From a virus: 64,000 nucleotides of DNA. Under the pieces are notes generated by a model, which saw only the letters and a program-made list of their open reading frames with translations, had not been told where the DNA came from and ran no database searches. The stretch is taken from positions 45,244 to 109,243 of the IMG/VR virus record IMGVR_UViG_3300048687_000113, one strand, 5' to 3'. Each line of letters begins with the position of its first letter. Position 1 is the first letter of the stretch. This document shows positions 46,410 through 56,222 of the stretch, piece by piece. Made by a program: the position numbers and the translations under genes.

Positions 46410-49325
46410 ATGGGCGTCTACGAACTCGACATTTACGCGAAGACCCTCTACGGGGCGCCACTCTTCTTGGCGTTCGATTCCAACGTCACGGTGGAGCAGC
46501 GTGGTTACGGCGCTCTGGAGGTCGCATGGGACACCCCGGTCCAGGCTGCCGCGTCGCAGATTCTCGCCGGGGTGAAGCCCTGGACCAAGCTCCGCCTGGT
46601 GCGCAACTCCTACGGAATTCCCGACGCCGAGGATGACGGTTGGGTCATCCTGGAGACTTCTGCCGGATCGGATGCCAACACTTTCCTGGACGACACCACG
46701 GTTCCCGGACGGGTCTACTACTACGGGGTCTTCGTCTCGACCGCGCCGGACACGTGGAACTCGACGGTCACCTATTACCCGGGGGACCTCGTCTCCTACA
46801 ACTCCAGCATTTACACGGCGATCCAGGTCGGCCCGAGCGGCGCCCCCGACCTCAGTCCGACGTACTGGAGCCTGTCGCCCGTCACCGAGCAGTGGATGCG
46901 TTGCGGCGGCGGAGTCGGGCTCGCTGTGAGGGACTTCGGCAACAGCCTCCTTCTGTACGACCACATTCCTCGGCCCTACAAGGTGGAGACGGTCGAGTCG
47001 ACCGCGTCGACCATTCCCGTCAACGACCAACTCAAGCGTTTCTGCACGCTGTTCGGCTATTTCTTCGACGTCATGAAGACCGAGAACGACCAACTCCTGC
47101 GCCTGAACGATGTGCAGCGGTGTACGGACCGCCAAATCGGCCTGATAGCGCAGCAGATGGGGATTGCGGACCGCCTTCCGTCACTGCCGGAGCTTCGCCG
47201 CACCTATGTCCGGGACGCGGCCCTCATTCAGCGCGACCGGGGCAGTACCTCCTCAACGGCCGATCTGGTGAAGGCAGTTACCGGCTGGGACGCAGACGTA
47301 TCCATTGGCTACAACGAACTGCACGACCTGGACGAAGCGTCCTTCTCCAGCCCCACCTATCCCACCTGGGCGCGCGACACCGTCTACTCCACGACGGCCG
47401 GCAGCCAGCTCTATTCGGACATCGTCCAGTACAACGGCGACCTGTACGCCGCGATCGGGACGCCTCGCCGCGAGTCGGCCTACCTCTCCTACACCGCGTC
47501 CAACCCCACACGGACCGGCAGTGGCGTCATCGTGCGCGACCCCGACCGTGTCGCCGATCCCTACCCCGGCTACGTCCATCTCGACAACGCCGCGATCGGG
47601 GACACTCTCACCTTCATGTTCACCGCTGCCAGCGGCGGTGCCGGCGCGTACAACGTGCTCCTGGTGGCCGTCGCCGATCCGGCCGGCGGCATCATCACGG
47701 CGAAGGTCAACGGGGTCTCCGCGACCATGGCGCCGCTGGACCTGTACAGCCCGGCGCGGCAGCTCATCCCCATCCAACTCGTGGGGAACTTCAACCTGAC
47801 CGCGACCGGCAACACCCTGACCCTCACCGTGACCGGGAAGAACGCGCTCTCGACCGGGTACGGGATCACCGCCAGCCATTGGATGCTCCAGGGCAGTGGG
47901 ATCAACCTGAACGTCCCCCCGACAGGCCACGCGCAGTCCGCCACTTATTGGCAGGCCCTGACGCCCAACACGCTCCAGGACACTCTCACTGAGCAGAATC
48001 CGCTCACCGGCGGATACGGGAGCTGGAACCTGAGCCTGCCCACCGGGGTCGTCAATCCCGATGTCTCGTCCGGAGTGAACCCGGACTGGTGGATCTCTCC
48101 GCAGGGGGCCCGTTCCGGGACCAGCAGCCCCGGCACCGGCAACTCCCTCAACTACACAGCGAAGACCACCTCAGGCACCCGCGAGGTCTACCTGGCCGGC
48201 CTGATCCGAGCCGGTGCATGGGACTCCACGAACACGTACGCCCCCGGCCAGGCAGTGACCTGGAACCCCTTGGGCTGGAGCAAGCCACCCGTCTACGTGG
48301 CCAAGGCCCAGTCCGTGGGCAAGCAGCCGGACCTCAACCCCTCGAAGTGGGAGTTCACCTCCTACACACCGAACACGTCGCCCGAGCCGAGCCGGATCAT
48401 CACCGACTGCGTCCACACGCCGAAGGTCGTCTCCTGGTCCTCGACCCGGACATACGCCAAGGGAGACCGGGTGGCCTGGCGCGGCCACCTGTACGAGGCC
48501 GCGCTTCCCTCACTCGGGATCTTTCCCAGCGGCTACAACACGGACAGCCGGTGGTGGCGGTGGTGCGGGCTGAATTCGCAGCGCTACACCTTCACGCTCT
48601 ACCACAACCGGAGCGCCACGGCGGCAGGAGCCGACGTCCGCCTCTTCGCGAACTTCTACGACTCCAACGGCGGTTTCGGCGGCAGCGGCTTCCTCACCTC
48701 GGACGCCCAACTCCTCTACGACCGCTTCGAGTTGCCGGACCAGACCTACCCCAGTGGCACCGGCAGCCCGCCGGCCGGCTACGTGAAACCCGCCCTCGGA
48801 CAGATGGGTGTCCCCATCCCGTGGAACGTCTCGCGGGGGAACTGGACCAATGCGCGCGGTGTCGTGCGCCCGACGAGCTGGAGTTCTGCGGCCACGCTGG
48901 AGCGCAAGGTGGGGCGCGCCCTGTGGTTCAACCGGAGCTGGGTCTACGACCCCGTCCCCGCCGGACAGACGGGCGAGCAGGCGCACGTGACGTTCATGTC
49001 CGCCCCCGACGACAGCGCCGGCGTCCTGGAGCACGGCATCGTCTTCCGCTACGGCGCGAACGCGTACTGGCTCGCCTCTCGCGACCGGCTGACCTACACC
49101 ACGTTCACCGTGGTCTCCGGAGCCGTCACCGACGTCACGACCACGGTCCTCGCCACCTGGACACCGGTGAAGTCCGGCGAGCGCTTCCGCGTCGCCAACC
49201 GCACCGGCGACATGGTCGTGACAGCCCGTATCCCCGGCCAGCCGTGGCGCACGCTCGCGGCCGTCAGCGACACACGCAACAACACCGCCGTCGGCTGGGG
49301 TCTTCTGGAAAGGGTCCGCCCATGA
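46410..49325 (+). CDS. baseplate wedge / tail protein I-like with CBM5/12-type repeats
   Basis: LKRFC..FG, RG....L...TGWD; W...TY..GD.V repeats. Confidence 0.8.
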   Translation: MGVYELDIYAKTLYGAPLFLAFDSNVTVEQRGYGALEVAWDTPVQAAASQILAGVKPWTKLRLVRNSYGIPDAEDDGWVILETSAGSDANTFLDDTTVPGRVYYYGVFVSTAPDTWNSTVTYYPGDLVSYNSSIYTAIQVGPSGAPDLSPTYWSLSPVTEQWMRCGGGVGLAVRDFGNSLLLYDHIPRPYKVETVESTASTIPVNDQLKRFCTLFGYFFDVMKTENDQLLRLNDVQRCTDRQIGLIAQQMGIADRLPSLPELRRTYVRDAALIQRDRGSTSSTADLVKAVTGWDADVSIGYNELHDLDEASFSSPTYPTWARDTVYSTTAGSQLYSDIVQYNGDLYAAIGTPRRESAYLSYTASNPTRTGSGVIVRDPDRVADPYPGYVHLDNAAIGDTLTFMFTAASGGAGAYNVLLVAVADPAGGIITAKVNGVSATMAPLDLYSPARQLIPIQLVGNFNLTATGNTLTLTVTGKNALSTGYGITASHWMLQGSGINLNVPPTGHAQSATYWQALTPNTLQDTLTEQNPLTGGYGSWNLSLPTGVVNPDVSSGVNPDWWISPQGARSGTSSPGTGNSLNYTAKTTSGTREVYLAGLIRAGAWDSTNTYAPGQAVTWNPLGWSKPPVYVAKAQSVGKQPDLNPSKWEFTSYTPNTSPEPSRIITDCVHTPKVVSWSSTRTYAKGDRVAWRGHLYEAALPSLGIFPSGYNTDSRWWRWCGLNSQRYTFTLYHNRSATAAGADVRLFANFYDSNGGFGGSGFLTSDAQLLYDRFELPDQTYPSGTGSPPAGYVKPALGQMGVPIPWNVSRGNWTNARGVVRPTSWSSAATLERKVGRALWFNRSWVYDPVPAGQTGEQAHVTFMSAPDDSAGVLEHGIVFRYGANAYWLASRDRLTYTTFTVVSGAVTDVTTTVLATWTPVKSGERFRVANRTGDMVVTARIPGQPWRTLAAVSDTRNNTAVGWGLLERVRP

Positions 49326-51403
49326 CTGTCGCGATCCCCCTCGCATTCACGGGAACGAGCACGTCGCGCGGGGCCTTCACCCCGGCGCTGCGGCTCATCA
49401 CACGGATATCCCTCGCCGGGACCAGCGTCGGCAACGGCGACCTCGCCCTGACCCAGTCCATGGTGCCCGGGGCCTTCGCCGACTTCGCCTTGATCCCGCT
49501 CAGCTCACCGGTGTACGCGGACCCGGCCTTCACGCACGTCACCTCGGCCGTGTACCGGCCCGGCGGCAGCGGTGACACCCCCAACCAGTGGCGGCGCCTG
49601 TCCCTGTCGCTGACCGTGCCCAACAGTGAGTACAGCCCCGGCCCCCTGGGACGCATCTACGGCATCTTCGACCAGGCCCGGCTCGGCATCGGCTCCACCA
49701 ACATGGCCCTCAACGAGACGCACCAGATCGCCTACGCGCAATTCGAGAAGACGCCGCCCGGCACCGACCCGGACACCAACCAGTTCGGCAGCAACCTGTT
49801 CACGCTGGAGCAGGCGTCGTACGAGGGCCGCATGCTCTACGCCCCCACCGGTAGCGCGGGCGAGACGAACTACATGACGTTCGCCCGCAGCACCGAGCGC
49901 GCCTCCTGCGGCGCCTACGCCGGCAAGTTCGTGTACCAGGCGCCGCCTCCGACGAACGCCTACACGGCCGTGCAGAACTTCGGGTCGTACCCGAACCTGC
50001 GCGCCCGCCGGCAGACCTACGCCGACGTCAAGTACCGCGCGTTCACCACCGACGACGCCCTGCCCGGCACCACCCCGAGCACCGACGCCGGCGGCACCCC
50101 GATCGCCGCACCGGCCGTGCTCACGCTCAACCCGCTCCAGGCCGCGTTCGTGCGCGTCGAGCCGGGCGTCACCTACCAGGCACAGATCTCGGTGGCCACC
50201 GAGGTGGCAGGGCAACAGTTCACGTGCGCGATCCTGCGCTACGACGCCAACTTCAACCTCATCGGCACCTACGCGACGGGGGCGACGGCGGTGACAACGG
50301 CCGGCGGCTTCAAATGGCAGCAGGCCAGCGCTCAGCTCCAGATGGAGGACACCGCCGTGTGGGCGGCCGTCGTGCCGCGAGTGACCAGCGGCGGCGCGAG
50401 CCGGTTCGTGTTCTACGTGGACGAGCACCGCATATGGGTGCCCTCGACCCTGGCGACGAAAAAGGCCAGCGCATCGCCGTCGCGCACCTGGCAGCCGCCC
50501 CGCCAGCTCACCCTCAAGCTCCGCGCGACGCGCGTGAACTACGTTACGAACCCCAGCTTCCAGAACAGCGTCGCGGGCTGGAGCCAGGTCAAGGACCCGA
50601 GCCTGACGTCCACGGTCAGCCTGGTGACGGGCGGCGGCATCGTCGGGAACGCCGGATCGTTCAGCATGGCCACCGCCCCGTCCGCCACCCTGATCAGCGG
50701 CCTGTCGCCGCGCACCGGCGTCACCAGTGTGGTCGGACAGAGCGCACTCATCAGCCGCCTGAAGCCGTCCACGGTCTACACCGCCTCGCTGTACGTGAAG
50801 CCGGTCGCCTGCCCGGCTCCGATCACTCTGTGGGCGCACGACGGGGACCAGCTCGTGCGCGGCACGAGCAGCCCGCTTGCCGACCCGTCGCTGAACGAGA
50901 CCTGGTACCGGCTCAGCGTCACCGTCAAGACGAGCCCCACCTTCGGCGGTGACGGGTCGCTCAGCCTCGGCTACGCCGCCGATGACATCGCGTCCGTGTT
51001 CCAGGCCGTCGTACCCGACAGCAACGACAGCGTGTGGGAGCAGCTCGACGACGACCCCTCGGGCTATGCCGGCTGGAGCCAGAGTGCGACGTACGCCGCC
51101 GGGGACCGAGCCGTCTACAACGGAGTGCTTTACCAGGCGCGCGTACTGAACGGCCCGTACGCAAACGTCGGCCCGCTCACATTCTCCTGGGACCAGATCC
51201 TGGTCGAGGAGGCGGACAAGGTCGCCCCGTATTTCGACGGCAATAACCCGAGCGCCGACTACGTGTGGGAAGGCGCCCCCGGGGATTCCCGCTCGCACTA
51301 TTACCGGGGAAAAAGGGTCAATCAGTACCGTCTCGATCAGCTGATAAAGCGGCAACTCGGCGTGGGCGCCTCGTACCGGATCGTGTATGCGAGCGCCCCC
51401 TGA
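49322..51403 (+). CDS. tail/baseplate protein with carbohydrate-binding modules
   Basis: NYVTNPSFQ..GW, TWYRLSVT, PYFDG, WEGAPGDSRS. Confidence 0.8.
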   Translation: MTVAIPLAFTGTSTSRGAFTPALRLITRISLAGTSVGNGDLALTQSMVPGAFADFALIPLSSPVYADPAFTHVTSAVYRPGGSGDTPNQWRRLSLSLTVPNSEYSPGPLGRIYGIFDQARLGIGSTNMALNETHQIAYAQFEKTPPGTDPDTNQFGSNLFTLEQASYEGRMLYAPTGSAGETNYMTFARSTERASCGAYAGKFVYQAPPPTNAYTAVQNFGSYPNLRARRQTYADVKYRAFTTDDALPGTTPSTDAGGTPIAAPAVLTLNPLQAAFVRVEPGVTYQAQISVATEVAGQQFTCAILRYDANFNLIGTYATGATAVTTAGGFKWQQASAQLQMEDTAVWAAVVPRVTSGGASRFVFYVDEHRIWVPSTLATKKASASPSRTWQPPRQLTLKLRATRVNYVTNPSFQNSVAGWSQVKDPSLTSTVSLVTGGGIVGNAGSFSMATAPSATLISGLSPRTGVTSVVGQSALISRLKPSTVYTASLYVKPVACPAPITLWAHDGDQLVRGTSSPLADPSLNETWYRLSVTVKTSPTFGGDGSLSLGYAADDIASVFQAVVPDSNDSVWEQLDDDPSGYAGWSQSATYAAGDRAVYNGVLYQARVLNGPYANVGPLTFSWDQILVEEADKVAPYFDGNNPSADYVWEGAPGDSRSHYYRGKRVNQYRLDQLIKRQLGVGASYRIVYASAP

Positions 51404-51415
51404 CAAGGGGCCCTC

Positions 51416-51724
51416 ATGACATATCTGATCGTGCTCGCACTGGCCACTTTTTTCGCCTGGGACTGCCTGTTGCGCCCCCTTGTCGGGGCGGTGTGTGACG
51501 GGCTCGGCATGCCCGATGTCGTGGCCGCCTATCTGAAGTCGCTGACCGCGCTGGCCGCTGCCGGGGTCCTCGACCATTGGGTGGACAGGGACTTCCTTCT
51601 GCCTATTGCGGCAGCTTCCCTCGCCGGAACACTCGCCATGTTGCGTCGTTCGGGTGAGACACAAAACATTTCCGCGATCGTGCGCGGCAGGGCCAGACGA
51701 GGTATGCCAATGCCGGGTCCTTAG
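51416..51724 (+). CDS. holin-like membrane protein
   Basis: 2-3 hydrophobic segments and a basic C-terminus; end of the structural operon. Confidence 0.55.
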   Translation: MTYLIVLALATFFAWDCLLRPLVGAVCDGLGMPDVVAAYLKSLTALAAAGVLDHWVDRDFLLPIAAASLAGTLAMLRRSGETQNISAIVRGRARRGMPMPGP

Positions 51725-51870
51725 AGGTCAGAGGGGGTGTCTCACTCTCCCGGGCGCATTTGCGCCGCCAGAGTGGATTCAACAGAAACGGTCACGACAC
51801 CCCTATTTTCCGACAGGCACGGAAGGCAATATCACTGCCAGTCCGGCACATCTACTCATGTGAGGAAAAT

Positions 51871-52755
51871 ATGGCTGACAAGCGCCCGGTAACTCTCGGC
51901 ATCTTCGGCTCCGGAGATGTGTCGCCCACCCTGGTCTGTGACTCCCTCAACGACCAGTTCTCCGTCGGCCCCGAGGACGCCGAGGGCTACTTCGCCCCGT
52001 CCGAGGAGTACGACCTTTTCGTGCTGCTGCCGGCCGGCGGCAGCGCCACATCCGAGGGCGTGCACCGGGTGTGGGAGTGGGCGGTGCGCTGCGAGCTGCC
52101 CTACAAGGTCATCTGGGACGAGACCGGCAACCAGCGCACGGTCGACGTCCTGGGCAATGTCGAGGACGCCGAGAGCGACATCACGATCGTCGACGACATC
52201 GCCGGCGCCCTCATCGAGCAGCTCGGCAAGGGCGAGAACCCGATGCTGCTGGTCATCTCCGGCGGGGAGGACGCCGAGTTCGACGACGCCACCGCCGACG
52301 TCGCCGCCGCAGCCCTGCGCGCCGAGATCCCCGTCTACGACCTCTCCCGCGCGCTCCTGGAGATCACGTGGCGGCACCTGCCGGACCACGAGCCTCCGCA
52401 GACGCCGGCCGCCGAACCGGGCACGGAGGGGCAGACCTCCCTCTCGGTGGTCGCCGACGGCCCGGACGTGAGCCTCAGCGCCCACGAGGCCGCCCTGCTC
52501 GTCACCGCGTTCGCCAAGGCCGAGGAGCTGCTGGACCACATCGGCGACGGCCTGCTGACGCGGATCTCCGAGACGCGCGAGTCGCTGATCCACGGCCGTT
52601 CGCTTCTCGCGCCCAAGCCGGAGACACCCGTCGAGGACGGCGAGCAGCCGAAGAAGACCCGTTTGGAGATCTTCGACCCGGAGCGGAACGAGTGGGTGCC
52701 CGCCGGCCGGGGCCGCCCGCCGAAGGGCGTCCAGAAGCGCCGCGTTCCCGCATAA
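51871..52755 (+). CDS. acidic hypothetical protein with C-terminal AT-hook-like GRGRPPKG
   Basis: GAGG RBS; WVPAGRGRPPKG. Confidence 0.75.
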   Translation: MADKRPVTLGIFGSGDVSPTLVCDSLNDQFSVGPEDAEGYFAPSEEYDLFVLLPAGGSATSEGVHRVWEWAVRCELPYKVIWDETGNQRTVDVLGNVEDAESDITIVDDIAGALIEQLGKGENPMLLVISGGEDAEFDDATADVAAAALRAEIPVYDLSRALLEITWRHLPDHEPPQTPAAEPGTEGQTSLSVVADGPDVSLSAHEAALLVTAFAKAEELLDHIGDGLLTRISETRESLIHGRSLLAPKPETPVEDGEQPKKTRLEIFDPERNEWVPAGRGRPPKGVQKRRVPA

Positions 52756-52854
52756 GACATGAAACGGCCCCGGCGGACGCTGCTCAATTCCCGCCGGGGC
52801 CCCGTTTCCGGATGGCCGCCACGCCATTTCAACTGCATTCCCCGGGAGAATAGC

Positions 52855-53298
52855 ATGTCGGATCACGCTTTTTTTGGTACGGGAAATGGGAGCGAACTCC
52901 CGGTATCCGTAGAGGACATCCTCAGCCGGCTTCCCCAGCGCGCGCGGCTCGCTTACACGAATCTCGTCACGAGTGCGGAGTCACGCTACGACGCGGATTC
53001 CGGCTGGTCCTGCGCCTACGTCACACAGCAGGGCCTCGCGGATGAAATGTACGTGTGCCTGCGCACGGCGACGCGCGCCATCAGGGATCTGCGAACCCAC
53101 GGCCTGGTGCGCGTACTTGCGTGGCCTGGCTCCCGCACGGAGACGCAGGTGCGCATCGCTTCCGTCGATATTTCCTCGCCCTTCGGCCCTATCCAGGCCG
53201 CACTCAACCGTGCACCCAAGCAACAGCTCGTCGACACGGCGATTGCCCAACTCGTGGCACAGAACCGCGAGTTGGAGGCTCTCGCCTCCGACATGTGA
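52855..53298 (+). CDS. winged-HTH putative replication initiator
   Basis: TQQGLADEMYVCLRTATRAIRDLRTHGLV. Confidence 0.7.
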   Translation: MSDHAFFGTGNGSELPVSVEDILSRLPQRARLAYTNLVTSAESRYDADSGWSCAYVTQQGLADEMYVCLRTATRAIRDLRTHGLVRVLAWPGSRTETQVRIASVDISSPFGPIQAALNRAPKQQLVDTAIAQLVAQNRELEALASDM

Positions 53299-53472
53299 CG
53301 GAGTAACTCCGGTGACGCAGCAACTGACACATCGAGCGCATGCATGCGCACTAAAGCACCAGCTCTAGCTCAAGCAAATTGCTTGGTGAATAGAAACCTA
53401 CGGTTTCTATTAACTGCCCACGAACATTCGTTCGCGTGCAGTTCTGGCCCGCCACACAGCCAGGAGAACCAC

Positions 53473-54009
53473 ATGGCCCGCAAACGCATTCACGACCCCG
53501 ACGCCGAACTCGACGCCACAGCCGTCGTCCAGAACATGCTCCATGGCCACCAGGAGCCCGTCTCAGCCCCTCGGACCGCCTGGACCCCACCCGAGCACGG
53601 CGAGCGCCGCACAAGGCGCTCCAGGGGCCGCCAGTACGGTCCGGACAGCATCCCGGGCCTGTGCGATTACTTCACCAACTCCTGCCCGCCCCTGAGCTGG
53701 GCCGGCGGGCTGGAGATCGGCAACCGCCAGGCCCTCATGCAGGTTTTCTCCGAGCTGCGACGCGACGCCGGCCTAAGCCCTGACGACTGCCGCGCCGTGG
53801 TCGACCTGTACATCACCCGTCTCGCCGGCCGGGCCCCCAACAAGCCCTTCGTCTGGGACTTCAAGTGGCGCCGCTTCCAGCTCATCCGGGACCTGCGCAA
53901 CACCGGCATCGCCGTCTCGGCGGACGACTACCGCACCTGGGAGCAGACAGCCCAGAACGATCCGGCCGCCGACGCGGACTTCGCGGCCTCCTGGGAGAAC
54001 GTCTCGTGA
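53473..54009 (+). CDS. hypothetical replication-region protein
   Basis: CAGGAG RBS; GTGA-coupled to the DnaC-like gene. Confidence 0.7.
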   Translation: MARKRIHDPDAELDATAVVQNMLHGHQEPVSAPRTAWTPPEHGERRTRRSRGRQYGPDSIPGLCDYFTNSCPPLSWAGGLEIGNRQALMQVFSELRRDAGLSPDDCRAVVDLYITRLAGRAPNKPFVWDFKWRRFQLIRDLRNTGIAVSADDYRTWEQTAQNDPAADADFAASWENVS

Positions 54010-54668
54010 TCACCACACGCATGGACCCCGAAAAGGCCCGGTGGGTGGGGACCGGAATTCCGCCCCGGCTTCGCGGAATGACCCTCGGCGACATCGAAGA
54101 CCTCGGTGGACAGAGCGACACCGTCACCAAGGCCCGCCACTACGTGGGCGGATACGGGGCGCAGCAGTCCAGGAACCGGCGCGGCCTGCCGGTGAACCCG
54201 GCCGACTTCGGGCGCGGGCTGCTCCTCGCCGGCCCGCCCGGCACCGGCAAGACGACGCTGGCCGCCGCGATCCTGTGCGAGCTGCGGCGCCGCTACGGAA
54301 TCAGCGTGTATGCCTCCCGCTACGCCGAGCACATCGAGCGCGAACGCAAGCTCATGCGCGCGGATCAAAACACCGACCTGGAAGAAATCTCGCGCTGGCA
54401 GTACGCCGTCGAGCGCGTCCAGTGGGCCGACGCGATCCTGCTCGACGACGTCGGCCACGAGCACCGCACCGACTCGAAGTTCGCCGAGGACACCCTGGAG
54501 CGGCTCCTTCGCCAGCGCTACGACGAGGGGCGGCCGTCGTTCATCACCACGAACCTGACCGGTGGCGACTGGGCGGCCACTTACTCCAAGCCGCTGCGCA
54601 GCTTCATGGACCAGTGCACCCGCCGGTTCATTTTCAGCGGCGAATCGTTCCGCCGGGGCGAGCTGTGA
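54006..54668 (+). CDS. DnaC/IstB-like helicase loader ATPase
   Basis: GPPGTGKT, LLDDVG.E, RY...RPSFITTN, GESFR. Confidence 0.9.
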   Translation: MITTRMDPEKARWVGTGIPPRLRGMTLGDIEDLGGQSDTVTKARHYVGGYGAQQSRNRRGLPVNPADFGRGLLLAGPPGTGKTTLAAAILCELRRRYGISVYASRYAEHIERERKLMRADQNTDLEEISRWQYAVERVQWADAILLDDVGHEHRTDSKFAEDTLERLLRQRYDEGRPSFITTNLTGGDWAATYSKPLRSFMDQCTRRFIFSGESFRRGEL

Positions 54669-55114
54669 TCGGCGCCGACCTCGACGCCGAGCCGACGCCG
54701 GCAGAGGTCTACGTCGTCTGGGAAGACCTCCTGGCCGTCCCCGGCCCGCGCTACAGCCTCAAGCGCTTCGCCCGCCGCACGCGCTGGCGCCGCCGCTCGG
54801 CCCTGGACCTCTACACCACCAACGGCCGGGCGGTGGGCGTCCTGTGGGACCTGTGGGCCCAGGGCCGCCCCGTCACCGTCGTCACCTATCTGCCCCCGGC
54901 CATCGCCGCGCACCTGCCCGCCCGGCTGGAGCACGACAACGTCCCGCACACCCGGTTCCTGGTCGACACCCCGCTGCTCATGAGCCGGTCCATCGCCCTC
55001 CTGGACGGCGTCGGGCGGATCTTCCACTCCAACCCGACCCACAACCTGCTCTACGGCCCCAAGGGCTTCCTCGTCCCCCCACAGTCACCCGAACTCATGC
55101 GAGAGGTCCTGTAA
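54665..55114 (+). CDS. hypothetical protein (degenerate HAD-like fold possible)
   Basis: Translationally coupled on both sides. Confidence 0.65.
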   Translation: MIGADLDAEPTPAEVYVVWEDLLAVPGPRYSLKRFARRTRWRRRSALDLYTTNGRAVGVLWDLWAQGRPVTVVTYLPPAIAAHLPARLEHDNVPHTRFLVDTPLLMSRSIALLDGVGRIFHSNPTHNLLYGPKGFLVPPQSPELMREVL

Positions 55115-55947
55115 TGGCCCACGACGTCATCCCGCTGGTATTTCCCGAGACAAATAAAAGGGTCCGGGTCCTCATGGTCGACGGCGCCCCCTGGTGGGTC
55201 GCCCGCGACGTGTGCCAGGTACTCGAAATGGAACGCCCCGACGCCGCGCTGCGCGGCCTCGACGACGACGAGAAGGGTGCTCAGACTGTGAGCACCCCCG
55301 GCGGCGACCAGCGCATGTCGGTCATCTCCGAGTCCGGCCTGTACTCCATGATCCTGCGCAGCCGTAAGGCCGAGGCCAGGGCGTTCAAGCGGTGGATCAC
55401 CGGCGAGGTTCTCCCGGAGATCCGGCGCACCGGCGGCTACGGCGCCGACCGGCCGGCCTTCGACACCCCCAAGACGTTCGGCGACGCGCTGCTCCTGGCC
55501 GCGCAGCAGTGGGAGGAACTCGAAGCCGCGAAAAAGGAGTTGGAGGCCGCCGCCCCGAAGGTCGAGGCCGCTGACGCGTATTTCGCCAGCGACAAGTTCC
55601 TTCTCGTCCGCGAGGCCGCCAAGCTGCTCGGCCTCAAGGAGAAGCAGTTGCGGAGCCTGCTGCTGGAGAAGGGCTGGATTTTCCGGCACCGGAACGCCTA
55701 CGGCGACATGTACTACGACGTCGCCGCGAAAATCGCCGACTCCGGGCTGCTCGTCACCCGCGTCTTTTCACGGATGGGAAATGACGGCGGCGCACGGACC
55801 ACCTACACCGTGTACGTCACCCCCAAGGGCGTCGAGGCCATCCGCAAGATCCTTCGCAATCTGGCCGACAGAGGAAACGTTCCTGCACTCCGTCACGGCC
55901 CGGCCACCTACGTCGCCCGGCCGCTCGTCAAGGACGGCGCCGCCTGA
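55114..55947 (+). CDS. BRO-N / KilAC phage antirepressor
   Basis: PWWVARDVC, ISESGLYSMILRSRK..A..FKRWIT.EVLP.IR.TGGY, VREAAKLL, VTPKG. Confidence 0.93.
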   Translation: MAHDVIPLVFPETNKRVRVLMVDGAPWWVARDVCQVLEMERPDAALRGLDDDEKGAQTVSTPGGDQRMSVISESGLYSMILRSRKAEARAFKRWITGEVLPEIRRTGGYGADRPAFDTPKTFGDALLLAAQQWEELEAAKKELEAAAPKVEAADAYFASDKFLLVREAAKLLGLKEKQLRSLLLEKGWIFRHRNAYGDMYYDVAAKIADSGLLVTRVFSRMGNDGGARTTYTVYVTPKGVEAIRKILRNLADRGNVPALRHGPATYVARPLVKDGAA

Positions 55948-56222
55948 TGTCCGACTACCTCCCGGCCGGCGCCTACCGCCGCGAAACCGTGCAGCTCATC
56001 CCCGACACGGTCGGCAAAACCGCCCGCTTCACGTCCGAGATCGGGGTGGAAGGCTACGACTGCCTCCCCCTGGTGGGCTGGGCCGTCGTCGCGACCTTCA
56101 CCGAGGGCGAGCTGCCGCGCCTCACCGTCGAGCCCGTCGTGGACGACGACTGCATGGGGCCCGTCGCGCTCGGCGACCTCGAAGAAGAGGCGGGGCCGCT
56201 CACGCTCCAGGAGATCGTGTGA
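55947..56222 (+). CDS. hypothetical protein
   Basis: Coupled ORF; PLVGWAVV. Confidence 0.7.
   Translation: MSDYLPAGAYRRETVQLIPDTVGKTARFTSEIGVEGYDCLPLVGWAVVATFTEGELPRLTVEPVVDDDCMGPVALGDLEEEAGPLTLQEIV

Noticed and set aside
33036-51403. Extracellular contractile injection system (eCIS) or tailocin
   Set aside because: Sheath, tube and baseplate are eCIS-like, but terminase, portal, scaffold, capsid and replication genes are present, so this is a phage.
53296-53298. Selenocysteine at the in-frame TGA
   Set aside because: No redox motif context and no convincing SECIS; the downstream gene has its own RBS.
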